From: Felis catus
Taxonomy: Eukaryota
Assembly: GCF_018350175.1 (NCBI RefSeq)
Contig: NC_058382.1
Span: forward strand, 59,274,001-59,338,000
Length of the DNA: 64,000 bases
Direction of reading: 5' to 3'
Positions 1-10,120 of this stretch are shown one piece after another (positions within the stretch are counted from its first letter, which is position 1; each line of letters begins with the position of its first letter). The position numbers and the translations under genes were made by a program. A model generated the notes under the pieces. It made no database searches. It was not told the origin of the DNA and saw only the letters and a list, made by a program, of their open reading frames with translations.

Positions 1-917
1 TGAGGAAAGGTGAGGTTGAAATGCTGTAGAGTCTACTATTGGTTTTTCTCCATCAAAGCCAACTGAAGCTGGTCACCCTAGCAGCCCTTTCATCCATTTA
101 GACAGCCAAAGGCAGCTTTCATTTGCATTAATCCAAAAATAATAAAGTGACAGAAACTGTTTGAAAAATTTGGGAAAGAGTGAGGGTGAATCCCGGAACC
201 GGCGAGTCCAGGAAAGGCTAGGAGGCGAGAAGCAGGTTGTGTGGATAAAATCTGGAAAGTATGCCCCTCTCACAGGTGAGGGGTGACCTGGCACATGGCG
301 TTGAGGTCACTGGAAGGCCCATTTGCCTGAATGCACAGGAGCCCCATTTGGAGGAATTTCCTAAAATGACAATGAGCAGGAACAATGGGTGAGTCAGGTC
401 TTTAATTGCCAGAAGCGATCTGGACTTTCATAGCAACGTTGGGGCGTTTGGAAAGTCTGTGTTACATAAAGATAAACTCATGTGAGGGCCAGCCTAAGGA
501 GCAGCCAAGAACAGTTGGGAATTCATGCTCTGCGCTGTCTCCCATGGAGGGTTAGAAGCACGTTTTGAGGCATCGAAAGGATCGGCTCATATCTAAGACA
601 CCGCCCCCCTGCCCCGCTTGCTGGCCGCACAACGGCCAGGTCAGCAGCTGTGTCTCATCCCAGCAGGCCTGTGCGTGTCACTAGTTGCAGGGAGGAGCCT
701 GGGACTGCTGGAAACGGCCCGTGTTGGCACGTCCCTCCCGCTGGGGACAAAAGCATGTGCTCAGGGTCAGTCCTGGCCGAATTCTCCTTGATGCTTGCTG
801 GCCGTGTGCACTTAGGCCAGACGTCTGGCCTCCCCGAGCTGCACCTAACACACCTCTTAAGTGAACTCAGTATTGGGCTCTGTGAAGATCGAACGAAGTT
901 GCGTAAGTGTGGGCTAA

Positions 918-1240
918 TGTCCTCGTCTGCTTGTGTGGCCATGACAAAAATACCAGAGGCCAGGGCTTGTGAACCACAGCCGTTTACCCCCTACACTTCT
1001 GGAGGCTGGGGGTCGAGATCAGGGTGCTGGCAGGACGGGCTGAGGGTGCTGCTCTTCCGGTGTCAGCCTTCTTGCTGGGTCCCCACACGAAGGACGGGCC
1101 AGAGGAGCTGGCCGGGACCTCCTTTATAGGGCACAAACCCCACTCACGGGACACCATCCTAATGACCCAGTCGCCTTCCAAAGATCCTGCTTCCCGACCA
1201 TCACCTGCAGCATCAGGATTTCAACACGGAAACTTCAGCT
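918..1240 (-). mobile_element. MaLR solo LTR (MLT1A-like), diverged
   Basis: Blocks ACAAAAATACCAGAG, TTCTGGAGGCTGGG..GAGATCAGGGTG, CCTTTATAGGGCACAAACCC, AATGACCCAGTCGCCTTCCAAAG and GGATTTCAACA follow the order of the reverse-complement MLT1A consensus as recalled. Confidence 0.75.
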
Positions 1241-2925
1241 GGAAGGACCGCAGGGCGTGGTGTGAATGTGGCGTGAGCGTGGCGGGGGCGTGTCGTGAGG
1301 GAGAGTGTGCGTATGCTGTTGAGTGTGGCGTGAGGTGGTGGGAACATCTCTGCACAGGAAGCCGGGGCACCGGTGAGCGGCAACCGCTAAAAGGAAGGCA
1401 GAGCTGAGACATTCACGGTAACAGTTGGAACGATAACTTACATGTGACCGGGAGGCACGTATACTGTGCTAGGAACGACCTGGTTGTGCACGTAACCGTG
1501 GCATACGCGTGAGGCGCACACACTGTGTTAGGAACCGTCCTGCGCGTGCAGTGAAGTAGGCGAGTGAGCACGGGAAGCGGCAGCCCAGCTTGTGCTCGAG
1601 GTTGCCCCCGGGGTGGGAGGCGGGAAGGAGAAAGAAGGGGCGTCGGCCCCTAGTGTCTCAAGCGGGCAGAGCTGATGCGTGGAGCCGCCGCGAGCGCGGT
1701 GAGCGCCAGAGCCACGAGCAACGTTTGCCAGAGCCAGTCGCGGGGAGGAGCCCGCCGGAGCCCCTGCAGCTCGGCCCGGGGAACACACAGTGGCACCTCT
1801 CACGACAAAACCCAGAGGCAGCCCAGGCCCCTCAACGGCGGCCAGACGATAAAGTGTGGCCTGTCCACAGCGGGAGGTGACCGTGCCCCGAGAACTCAGG
1901 GCGCAGCTCCCCACAGCGGCGGCGGTGCCTGGCGGGGCCCAGAAGAAGCCGGGCATGGAAAAGTACACCCTTGACTCCACTTGTGCACATTCTCTAACAG
2001 TTTGAGTTCTGCAAAGCCCAAACCCAGGCACCACGAATCTGCACGTTGGAGATGGGCTGTGACAAGCGGCCTTGGGGCAGGAGGGGCCCTGGGGTCATGT
2101 TCCGTCCCTGTTCTGTCCCTCCCTCCGAGTGCTGGGGCTGGTGACGAGGGGGCCTCACCGTGTGACGACTCTGCGGCCGGTACGCTCAGGATGCGCACAC
2201 TTTTCAGACTGAATCTCACACTTCAATCGAACGTTTTCTTTAAAAAAAGTTTACAACTCCCGATGGCAAGTACGCAGTTATCTGTCATTTTCTAGATACT
2301 TGGTACAATTACATGATTTAAGAAATTGGATACACGGCGTTTATCGCCAGAAGAGGCGAGCGTTCAAGCCGCTTGTGGGAACGTTTTAGGGACCAGTCGT
2401 TGTGTTCACACTAGCCCTTTCGGGCTCGCCCCGGCCACCGAGGGGGAGGGTGCTGCCCGGGCCACGGGCCGGTAAGTGGAGTCACGGGCCAGCGAGCTGG
2501 TCCACCCCACCGGCCTGGTTCCGCGCTCCAAGTCAGAACATGAGGGCAGGGGCTGGCTCACGGCCACGTCACGTGAGTCGAGGGAAGGGGAAACAAGGCA
2601 GCTGCTTCCAGCTCAAGGGCCCCCCACACACACTGGGACAGGCAGAGAAGGCTCAGCATGGCCTGCTTTTGGGGGCGACGGAGAAGTCTCAGTTTCAATT
2701 TCGGGACTTAGAGGAGTTCCGATGGTCATCGCAGACTGATTCGTTCTGGGTCACGGGTTATCAGAGACTGGGCTTCAAGTAAGGGGAATGAGGAAGTGGG
2801 CGGTCTACGTGAGGTCTGTAAGCAAAGACAGGAAACGTGGCCGTTTCTCTGAGCAGCTGAAACCCAGGGAGGGGGCTGCAGGCTGCGTGCTGGGCCGGCC
2901 CCACGAGCTGGCCACCGGATCAGCG

Positions 2926-2957
2926 GGCCACCGGGCCACCGGGCCACCCGGCCACCT
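2926..2957. repeat. Short tandem repeat (GGGCCACC)x~4
   Basis: GGGCCACCGGGCCACCGGGCCACCCGGCCACC read directly. Confidence 0.85.
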
Positions 2958-3174
2958 GAGTGGCAAGTCAGCAGATGCGTGACTGTGGCTCCACACGCAC
3001 CACAGGGCCCTTGAGGACAAAGCCTCCGAGGTGAGAAGCGGTCGGCCAGGTCACCTCCCCACGTCACCTCCCTGGGGCCCCTGAAGTGTGTGTCTCGGGA
3101 CAGCAGACCCTGGCGGCGGTCCCGCACCACACACTCACACACACGGGCACAGACTCGTGAGCTGGGGAGCTTGA

Positions 3175-3557
3175 GCGGCCTTACTGAGAGGTCACGCACA
3201 CACCAAATGGTTCACCCATTTAAAGCGCGTGGGTCAGTGGGGTTTAGCGCACTGTGCTGACAGACTGTGCAACCGTCACCAGAGTCCATCCATCTCAGGA
3301 CATCTTCATCGCCCCCAGAAGAAACTCAGCACCGCTTAGCCATCACCCGCCCAGTCCGCCACCTCCTTCAGCGCCATCAACCGCGAATCCGCCTTTGTCC
3401 AGGATGCATATGATATGCAGCCTTTTGTGTCTGGCTTCCTTCACGCGGTGTGGTGCCCTCAAGGTCCACCCACGCTGTGGCCTGGGGCAGGACCTCATTC
3501 CCTTTTATGGTTGAATAATATTCCACGGTGTGGATGGACCGCATTTTATTGATCGTC
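3175..3557 (-). mobile_element. Old L1 3' end fragment (L1MB-like)
   Basis: TTCACCCATTTAAAG, TGTGCAACCGTCACC, CATCTTCATCGCCCCCAGAAGAAAC, CCTTTTGTGTCTGGCTTCCTTCAC and TTTTATGGTTGAATAATATTCCAC are typical of an antisense L1MB 3' UTR. Confidence 0.8.
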
Positions 3558-4694
3558 AGTAGATTTTGCTTTGAAACCGGTGCTGTGCTCTCATTCCTAG
3601 GTCTCCTGAGCTACCTTGGAGGTGAGGGTACTGCCCTGTGCTTCAGATATTCTTGGGTGTCAAGAAGGCACCCGGGAAAGGGATCGGGGAGGTGGGTGTG
3701 CTGCCCAAGAACGTTCTAGAAGTTTGTCTGGGAATTAGTGAAAGAGTTCACATATGTTGGCACTAGTGGTGTTTTCTGCATATAGGAACTCCGTTGCCAA
3801 TAAGGTTATAAAGTGGGCAGAGGTGCTGTCCCACCCCTCACTGTATGGACGCACGGAGAGGGTGTCTTGCCTGAAGACACTGGAGTGGGGGGATCCTCTG
3901 CTTCTGGGACCCCCTGATGGCTCCCCTTGTAAGTTCAGGGGGGCGGTCCTTGCCCTGGATCATGAATGTCTGGCCATGCTCTCACTAATAATTTGCCAGA
4001 TGCAGAAGACACCCTCCTGGTTCACAAGGACCTAGACTGAGCTCGCTTCTGTGTCGTGGAGCCCTCTCCTGACACTGACCTTAGACCCTTTCTTTAAAGA
4101 GCACTCAAGGGCATCACAGACTCCAAAGTGGCCTCCACACCCCAGCTCCATCCGGATCAATGCTGGGTGGAAGAGGAAGGCTCTGATTCCAGTAAATTCC
4201 CGACACAGGTCCGTGTTCCAGGAGAAGCCTTGCCTTGCCGGGAGTGGGCGGGCAAGATCCTGATCTCTTGTTGGACACATTCGGTCCTTTATCGCTGGTG
4301 CCTTCAAAGCCAGCATGTTTGGGAGCCCGATATTTTTCATAAATAATGGGGGTCAAAAGCTGATAAAAATCAACGCATCTGAAACAACGTGCCGTTCCTG
4401 GTACCATGGCCCAGCGGATATCTTGTGGCCCGGCGGGTCCCTTTGAAACGTTCACAACAACAGAAAGGCTTGTTTTTCCATCCAAAGCAAATGGAAGTAC
4501 TCATGGGAGGGCAAAAACAAACACCGTCTGGGGGCTGGAGTGTGTCCGGCAGCCCAAGTGAACCGTGGGGGCCCAGGAGATTCACAGCCCTGCCACGGCC
4601 ATCTGTGGGAAGAGGGGTCCCCGTGGAGCATGGAGGGGCAGGAGGCGGTCTGGGGATGAAAGGCCTGTAAGAAAGAACTCAGAGTATGAAGAGT

Positions 4695-4872
4695 GCTGTG
4701 TGGAGCCAGGGGGACTTGGGTTTGATTCCTGCTGCTACTACTTGTCTATATCCTTCCCTCTGGGAGCCTCAGTTTACCTGTCAGCCAAATGGGATAATAA
4801 CAGCTATCTTTACAGCAGTGTTGGGAGGAAATAACTGGTTAAGGCACATGATCAGGTCCTGCCTCAGTGCCA
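4695..4872 (+). mobile_element. MIR SINE
   Basis: TGGGTTTGATTCCTG followed by the MIR core GAGCCTCAGTTTACCTGTCAGCCAAATGGGATAATAA. Confidence 0.7.
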
Positions 4873-5129
4873 GTTCTCCACATTACCAGAAACTAGCGAA
4901 CCCTAAGTCCTTCTCCAATAGCTCACTTTTACTCTGTACCGTAAGACCCAGCCTCCTTCCACCTCCTGTCTGTTCTTGTACGTGAACACGGGTCCCTTCC
5001 AAGGCTGTGACCTTGTGGTTCAGTCTCTTCTCTCTGACTAGATTAGAAGGCCTTTAGGGGCAGGGGCCATGCCCGGCACGTCTTCTGTGCCCAAGGTGGA
5101 TTTTCATGGAATAATCAAAGCTGATGGTC

Positions 5130-5290
5130 ACTGCGTCTTGACAAGCACTCACAGGTGCCAGTACCTGTCGCATAACAGGTCACTTAATCCCCACGACAAC
5201 CCAAGGTTGGGTGGGACGCTGCATCATCCCCACTTTGCAGATAGAGACCGAGGCTCAGAACGGCCAGGCGACTTCCCCAGAGGCGTTGGT
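5130..5290 (-). mobile_element. MIR SINE
   Basis: Antisense MIR core TTAATCCCCACGACAACCC..ATCCCCACTTTGCAGATAGAGACCGAGGCTCAGA. Confidence 0.7.
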
Positions 5291-5547
5291 GCCATCCAAG
5301 GTAGGCTGCCCCTCCGTGTCCACTCATGGTTTGTACATCGGTGAGGAAGCAAGGCGAGCGGTGGGAAGCAGGGGTGAGGCGGCCAGTGCAGGGAGGACTA
5401 CCCAGAGTCCCGGGGCCAGGGGTTGGGTGCTATCTGGAGCAGGCATGTTTGGGTGAAGCCAGGTGGGAAATATAAACCAAAGGAGTGGGCACACAGCACG
5501 GGGTGGCCCACGGGAAGCAGCCTGATGGCTCCAAACTGAAACACACG

Positions 5548-6056
5548 ATTAGCACATGACCCCACAACCCACCCGTGCATATTAGCACATGACCCTGCAC
5601 CCCCCCACGTATTAACACATGACCCCGCAACTCCCCCTACATATTAACACATGACCCTGCAACCCCCCACTACATATTAGGACATGACCCTGAAACCCCC
5701 CCATGTATTAGCACATGACCCTGCACATATTAGGACGTGACCCCACATATTAGGACATGACCCCACAGCCCCCCCCACATATTAGCACATGACCCCACAA
5801 CCCCCCCACATATTAGCACATGACCCCGCACCCACCCCCACGTATTAGCACATGACCCCACAACCCCCCCACGTATTAGCACAGATCCTGCAACCCCCCA
5901 CTACATATTAGCACATGACCCTGAAACCCCCCCACACATTAGCACATGACCCCACAACTCCCCCCACATATTAGCACATGACCCTGCAACCCTCCACTAC
6001 GTATTAGGACATGACCCTGAAACCCCCCCCACGTATTAGCACATGACCCTGTTAGC
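5548..6056. repeat. Minisatellite/VNTR, ~17 units of ~31-33 bp (ATTAGCACATGACCCCACAACCCCCCCACAT)
   Basis: Units start at about 5548, 5581, 5611, 5643, 5676, 5707, 5729, 5749, 5781, 5812, 5844, 5875, 5907, 5938, 5970, 6003 and 6035; two internal units are shortened. Confidence 0.97.
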
Positions 6057-6392
6057 AAAACAGAAACAAGGAAAGGGAAGAGGGTGATATATACAGACAG
6101 ATATACAGTGTGAACATCTCTCTGCTGGAGGAAGGAGAGGGCACAAACAGGCAAAGTCCACACTGGGTGGGGAACGCAGAGCCACGGCCAGGAGGCCAGT
6201 CAGCTCAGCTGCAGAGCCAGACTCACAAAGTTGGCAGAAAGCAAAGAGGACAGCCCAAGCTGGTTTTCAGCAGATGGCAGCTGCCTGGCTTACGGGTGAG
6301 GACCACGCAGCTCTGCCCAAAGATGGGGTGAAGGACAAATGGCTGAAAGGTAGTGTCGTGAGGGTGCGAACGTTATTGCCAGTCATGAGATC

Positions 6393-6650
6393 CACTCACT
6401 CACTCGCTCGTGCGACACGTTGTAAGCAGGCACCTACTACATGCTGCGGGGAGAAGTCTATGGGCAAGGAAGATCCGACGCCTGCCCTTGTAGAAGCTAC
6501 ATTCTCGAAAAACACACAGGGGGTCAGCAATTGTGGTAAGCGACCTGAGGAAAAAGCAGGTGCTGTGATGAATGTCAGGGGCCCGACCTGGCCAGTGAGG
6601 CAGGGAAGACTTCCTGGAGGAAGTGCCATTAACCAGGGAAAGAGAGGGAA
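6393..6650 (-). mobile_element. L2 LINE 3' end fragment
   Basis: CACTCACTCACTCG tail, GCACCTACTACATGC, CCTGCCCTTGTAGAAGCTACATTCT and CAGGGAAGACTTCCTGGAGGAAG are antisense L2 hallmarks. Confidence 0.65.
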
Positions 6651-7029
6651 GAAGAGCACCCCGCAAAGAGCAGGGGGTGGGGCGTGAGCTCAGAGAGGGT
6701 GGGGCCAAGTGGCGATGTGGGCCGTGAGCCAGGCGGGGAGCTCCGCGCCCAGCACAAGGGCCACCGGCTAGGGAGCACGGGGCAGACTTGCGCCCAGGCG
6801 ACGGGCGTCCGCGTTGGGGCTGCAAGTGGCCCGCCTTTAAACGGGGAGGCTGGCCAGGCGCACACCAGACCTGTTGTCTGAAGAGTATGGCGGTGGCAGG
6901 CTCAGCCTCGCACGGTGAACGGAACCTTTCCTGGGACGTGGGCTGGAAGGGACGACAGACGGAGCAGGAAGACCAGCTGGAAGATGGGGTGAGCACACAC
7001 GTCCGCTGAAATCCACGGAAATTTCCATT

Positions 7030-7615
7030 TCCGTGAAAACGTACGTTCACACAAAATCCTGTCCGTGCATGTTCACAGCGGCTTTATTTATCACATGAAA
7101 GTTGGAAAGAACCGCAGATGAGCAGCCAAACAAGTCATGGACCACTGCATCAGGGGGCCCACGGTACGGCCGCCCCAGGACAGCCACGCCGAGTGGGGCA
7201 AGCCCGGCTGACGAGGCTCCACTCTGTATGACCCCACTCGGCGCTCCCGACACGACAAAACGGCAGAGTCGGAGGGCAGATTCGTGGCTGGCCGGGTCGC
7301 AGGTGGGTGGCCGCGGCCACAGAAAGGAGGCAGCAGGGATCCCCGTGATGGGTGGTTGTGGCCACACGAATGTACCCACGTGATCAACATGCACCGGACA
7401 GAATACACAGACGCGTGCGTGCGTGTGAACTGACGAAGTCTGCGCAGAGTGAGGGACGGCCTCGGTGTCCATTCCTGTCTGTGCCGTGGCGCTAGTGACG
7501 TGCGTAGCCCCAGGTGAGACCGGGCGACGGGGACGGAGACGTCCCTGTGCTGTTTCTTACAGCTGCATGCACACCCGCCATTCTTTCAAAGCAAGAAGGT
7601 TTTCAATAAAAGTGA
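7030..7615 (+). mobile_element. Old L1 3' end (L1MC-like), strongly GC-shifted
   Basis: GTGAAAACGTACGTTCACACAAAATCCTG..ATGTTCACAGCGGCTTTATT at the 5' side and GTTTCTTACAGCTGCATG..TCAAAGCAAGAAGGTTTT at the terminus match the L1MC 3' UTR layout. Confidence 0.75.
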
Positions 7616-8089
7616 ATTGAATGTCACAAAAACGAATCATTAATAAATCAAATTCAAGGCAGTTGGGTCACCGGGTGGGAGACGGTGGAGCGCCGGTGCG
7701 GGTGGCTGCGGAAGAGGTGGGGACCCGCGGTGGTCCCCGGAGAGCAGTGACCAGCCGCTGTGAGGACCTTAGCCTCCATCCAGAGCAAGGATGGGGAAGG
7801 CAGGGCCCCTGCACCGCGGCTGCTGTCAGCATCCCTGGCGGGAGAAGCCCTCACCGGCCTTGCGTGGGCTCAACACTGGCATTGTTTAAGAGCTCTGCAG
7901 ATGGTGTCACGGGGGCAGCCGGGGGCAGGAGAAGCCCATGTTTCCAGCCGGGTCTCATTCTTGGAGGGCTGGAAAGGGGACTGTTCCCTCAAGCCAAAGG
8001 AATTCAAGGGCCCAGGGAAAACGTCCGTGCCTGCAGAGATGTGGCGAGAGTTTGGCACGGGCCCTTCTGCAAATTCTTTGTGTTTTGCC

Positions 8090-8420
8090 CATTCCCCCCG
8101 TCATTTTCTCGAGGCAAAAATAAATACCGACATCCCCGCTTGTGTCAAAGTGACGGGTGTGTACTCCGTCAGCGTGAAAAGTTATGCCCCGAAGCCGAGC
8201 TAGACAACCAAACAAAACCTCCCTGTCAGTGAGTGGATGTGTCCAATATTTCAAGCAAAACGGTTTAAAGCTATTTTTGTAATGTGACTCTAAGTGGATA
8301 ATGTAAGGCTACGGCAAAGCCCAGCGAATGAATACATTTTTGTTTGCAGTTTGAAAATCAATAGCAGACGTGCAAATCCTGTGAGCATTCGTGCACAAGA
8401 CAATCTGTGTCATTGAAGCA
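8090..8420. promoter_or_regulatory. Candidate enhancer-like AT-richer island
   Basis: Non-repeat, lower-GC island with TGTCA (MEIS-type) sites, CTATTTTTG (MEF2-like, 8271) and TGTTTGC (FOX, 8341). Motif evidence only. Confidence 0.3.
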
Positions 8421-9239
8421 AGGCCCGGCGGCCCGGGGAGCGGGGACAGACCTCTGGCCCGCGCCAGCCTTGGGAACGGAGAGCTGGTCTCTCCACCAAC
8501 CGTTGCCAATGGCCACTTTCACGCGTGCAAGTGTCCCTGGGTTCCAATGCTCGCTCCGAATCTAAATCTGGGGTGTTGGGTTCAGCGCCAGGGAAAGCGT
8601 AAGCCACCTGCGGTGAAGGTCTATATCCATGTGGCCTCCACGGGCACCCACACATTTTCATGAGAAATGCCTCCTCGCACGTGTGTTCCCTTTGTGGGGA
8701 GACGGTTTCCCTCCTGGGCATCGGGGCAGCCCAGCGCTGAGCTCTGAAGCCCCCGGATCTCTTGCTAGAAGACTCTTCCTAATTGAGCGGCCCTTAGGCT
8801 GGGTCCACTTCTGGCTTTTAGTGGCTCTGTGGGCCCACTTGATTTGGATGCAGAAGTCCATTTCCATTCCCTGGGGCCAAAGTCGCTCAGCTTCATGGCT
8901 ACTCATAGGAATCCCTACTCCAGAGCCTGAGCCTCGCTGTCCTGAGCTGGCCCACCCCACCCTGCCAGCCTACACACAGCACCCAGTCGCCCTGCTCTTT
9001 GGGCTTCAAAATATATTTTTTCCGTATGACAAAAGAGATGCGTTCTCCTTGAAGAACGATGGGAAAGTCCAGATAACACTGTGACATCCAGATTCCAGAC
9101 CCTGATGCCAAAACTCAAGCCTGATGGTATCTACCGCCTCCCGCGACCCAGACACCTGGCACCCGCAGCACCGAGGCAAATCGCAGATCTCCGTGCCGCC
9201 CGTGGGTCTCCACATCCTCCGGTCCTCATCCGGCACCGG

Positions 9240-9432
9240 ACACCTAATAGCTGTTCTATTAAGTCTGCACAGTAAATAAATGGGTGTTTCCAAATTGGCC
9301 ATCTGGCATTGCACAGATAAGACCGCTTATCTGCTGATAAAGAGAAATAGAGAAATGGAACCCGGGAGGCAAATGTGGCCTGTTAACTTATTCTGCATCC
9401 ATCCCGTTTGAATAACAGCTAATATTTAGTGC
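9240..9432. promoter_or_regulatory. Candidate GATA/bHLH enhancer
   Basis: CATCTG(9300)-N9-AGATAA(9315), palindrome CAGATAAG-ACCG-CTTATCTG (9314-9333), and a third site TGATAA (9335-9340). Confidence 0.5.
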
Positions 9433-9479
9433 GTGCCCTCCTGCTGGGGCCCCCGAAGGCACACGTGGGGACACAGGAG

Positions 9480-9775
9480 ACAAAATCTGGAGGCAGGTCA
9501 GGTGAGCTATTTTGGAGGTGAGTTCAGGAAGCACCGCGAGGGGAGCAGGTGGAGGAGGCTGGGAACAGAGGAGGCTGGCCCCCGGGGGCTTTCATGCAGA
9601 GGTCACGGCTGGGGTAGTCGGGGTGGACCCTGTTGGGACCCCCATGGAGCCAAGGGGAGACACGTGGGACTCTCTTCCTGCAGGACAGGAGCTGGCCGTA
9701 TGCTACCCGCTCCCATCTGTCACTGGTGAGGGGCTGCTCTGGGGGCACCGACTCCCTGCACGGAGCCAACTTGGA
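9480..9775 (-). mobile_element. ERVL LTR fragment (LTR16-like)
   Basis: TATTTTGGAGGTGAGTTCAGGAAGCAC..GAGGGGAG and CTCCCATCTGTCACTGGTGAGGGGCTGCTCTGGGGGC..ACTCCCTGCA resemble an antisense LTR16-family LTR. Confidence 0.55.
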
Positions 9776-9889
9776 ACCAAGAACCCTCCCGGGTGGAGAG
9801 TAGCTGGTGCTTAAGGAGGAAAGCTGTGAGGGTGCAGCAGACTCATCCACCCAAGGGTTAGGCGACCTCCGGAGAGACAGAGAGGGTGA

Positions 9890-10120
9890 TGTAACAGGTT
9901 TGCTACGCGCATCTGTTCGGGGCCAGTTCTCTGCTAGGAACTGTGCGTGCACTTCATCTTGACCGTGCCCATCTAGGGGGAGTGTGGCCTCACTGCCACC
10001 CCCATCTCAGATACGAGACACTGAGACACGGGTGGCAGAGGGCTTCGCCCACGGTCCTCTCGAGCGGGGGTAGACGGCACACCTAAGCCCACTTTTGTCT
10101 GATTCCAAGTCCCATGACCT
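9890..10120 (-). mobile_element. MIR SINE
   Basis: CCCCATCTCAGATACGAGACACTGAGACAC..TTCGCCCACGGTC..TGTCTGATTCCAAG. Confidence 0.6.

Noticed and set aside
5548..6056. CRISPR-like array (conserved ATTAGCACATGACCC plus variable segments)
   Set aside because: The intervening segments are short, mutually similar C-rich sequence rather than unique spacers; the context is mammalian and there are no cas genes.
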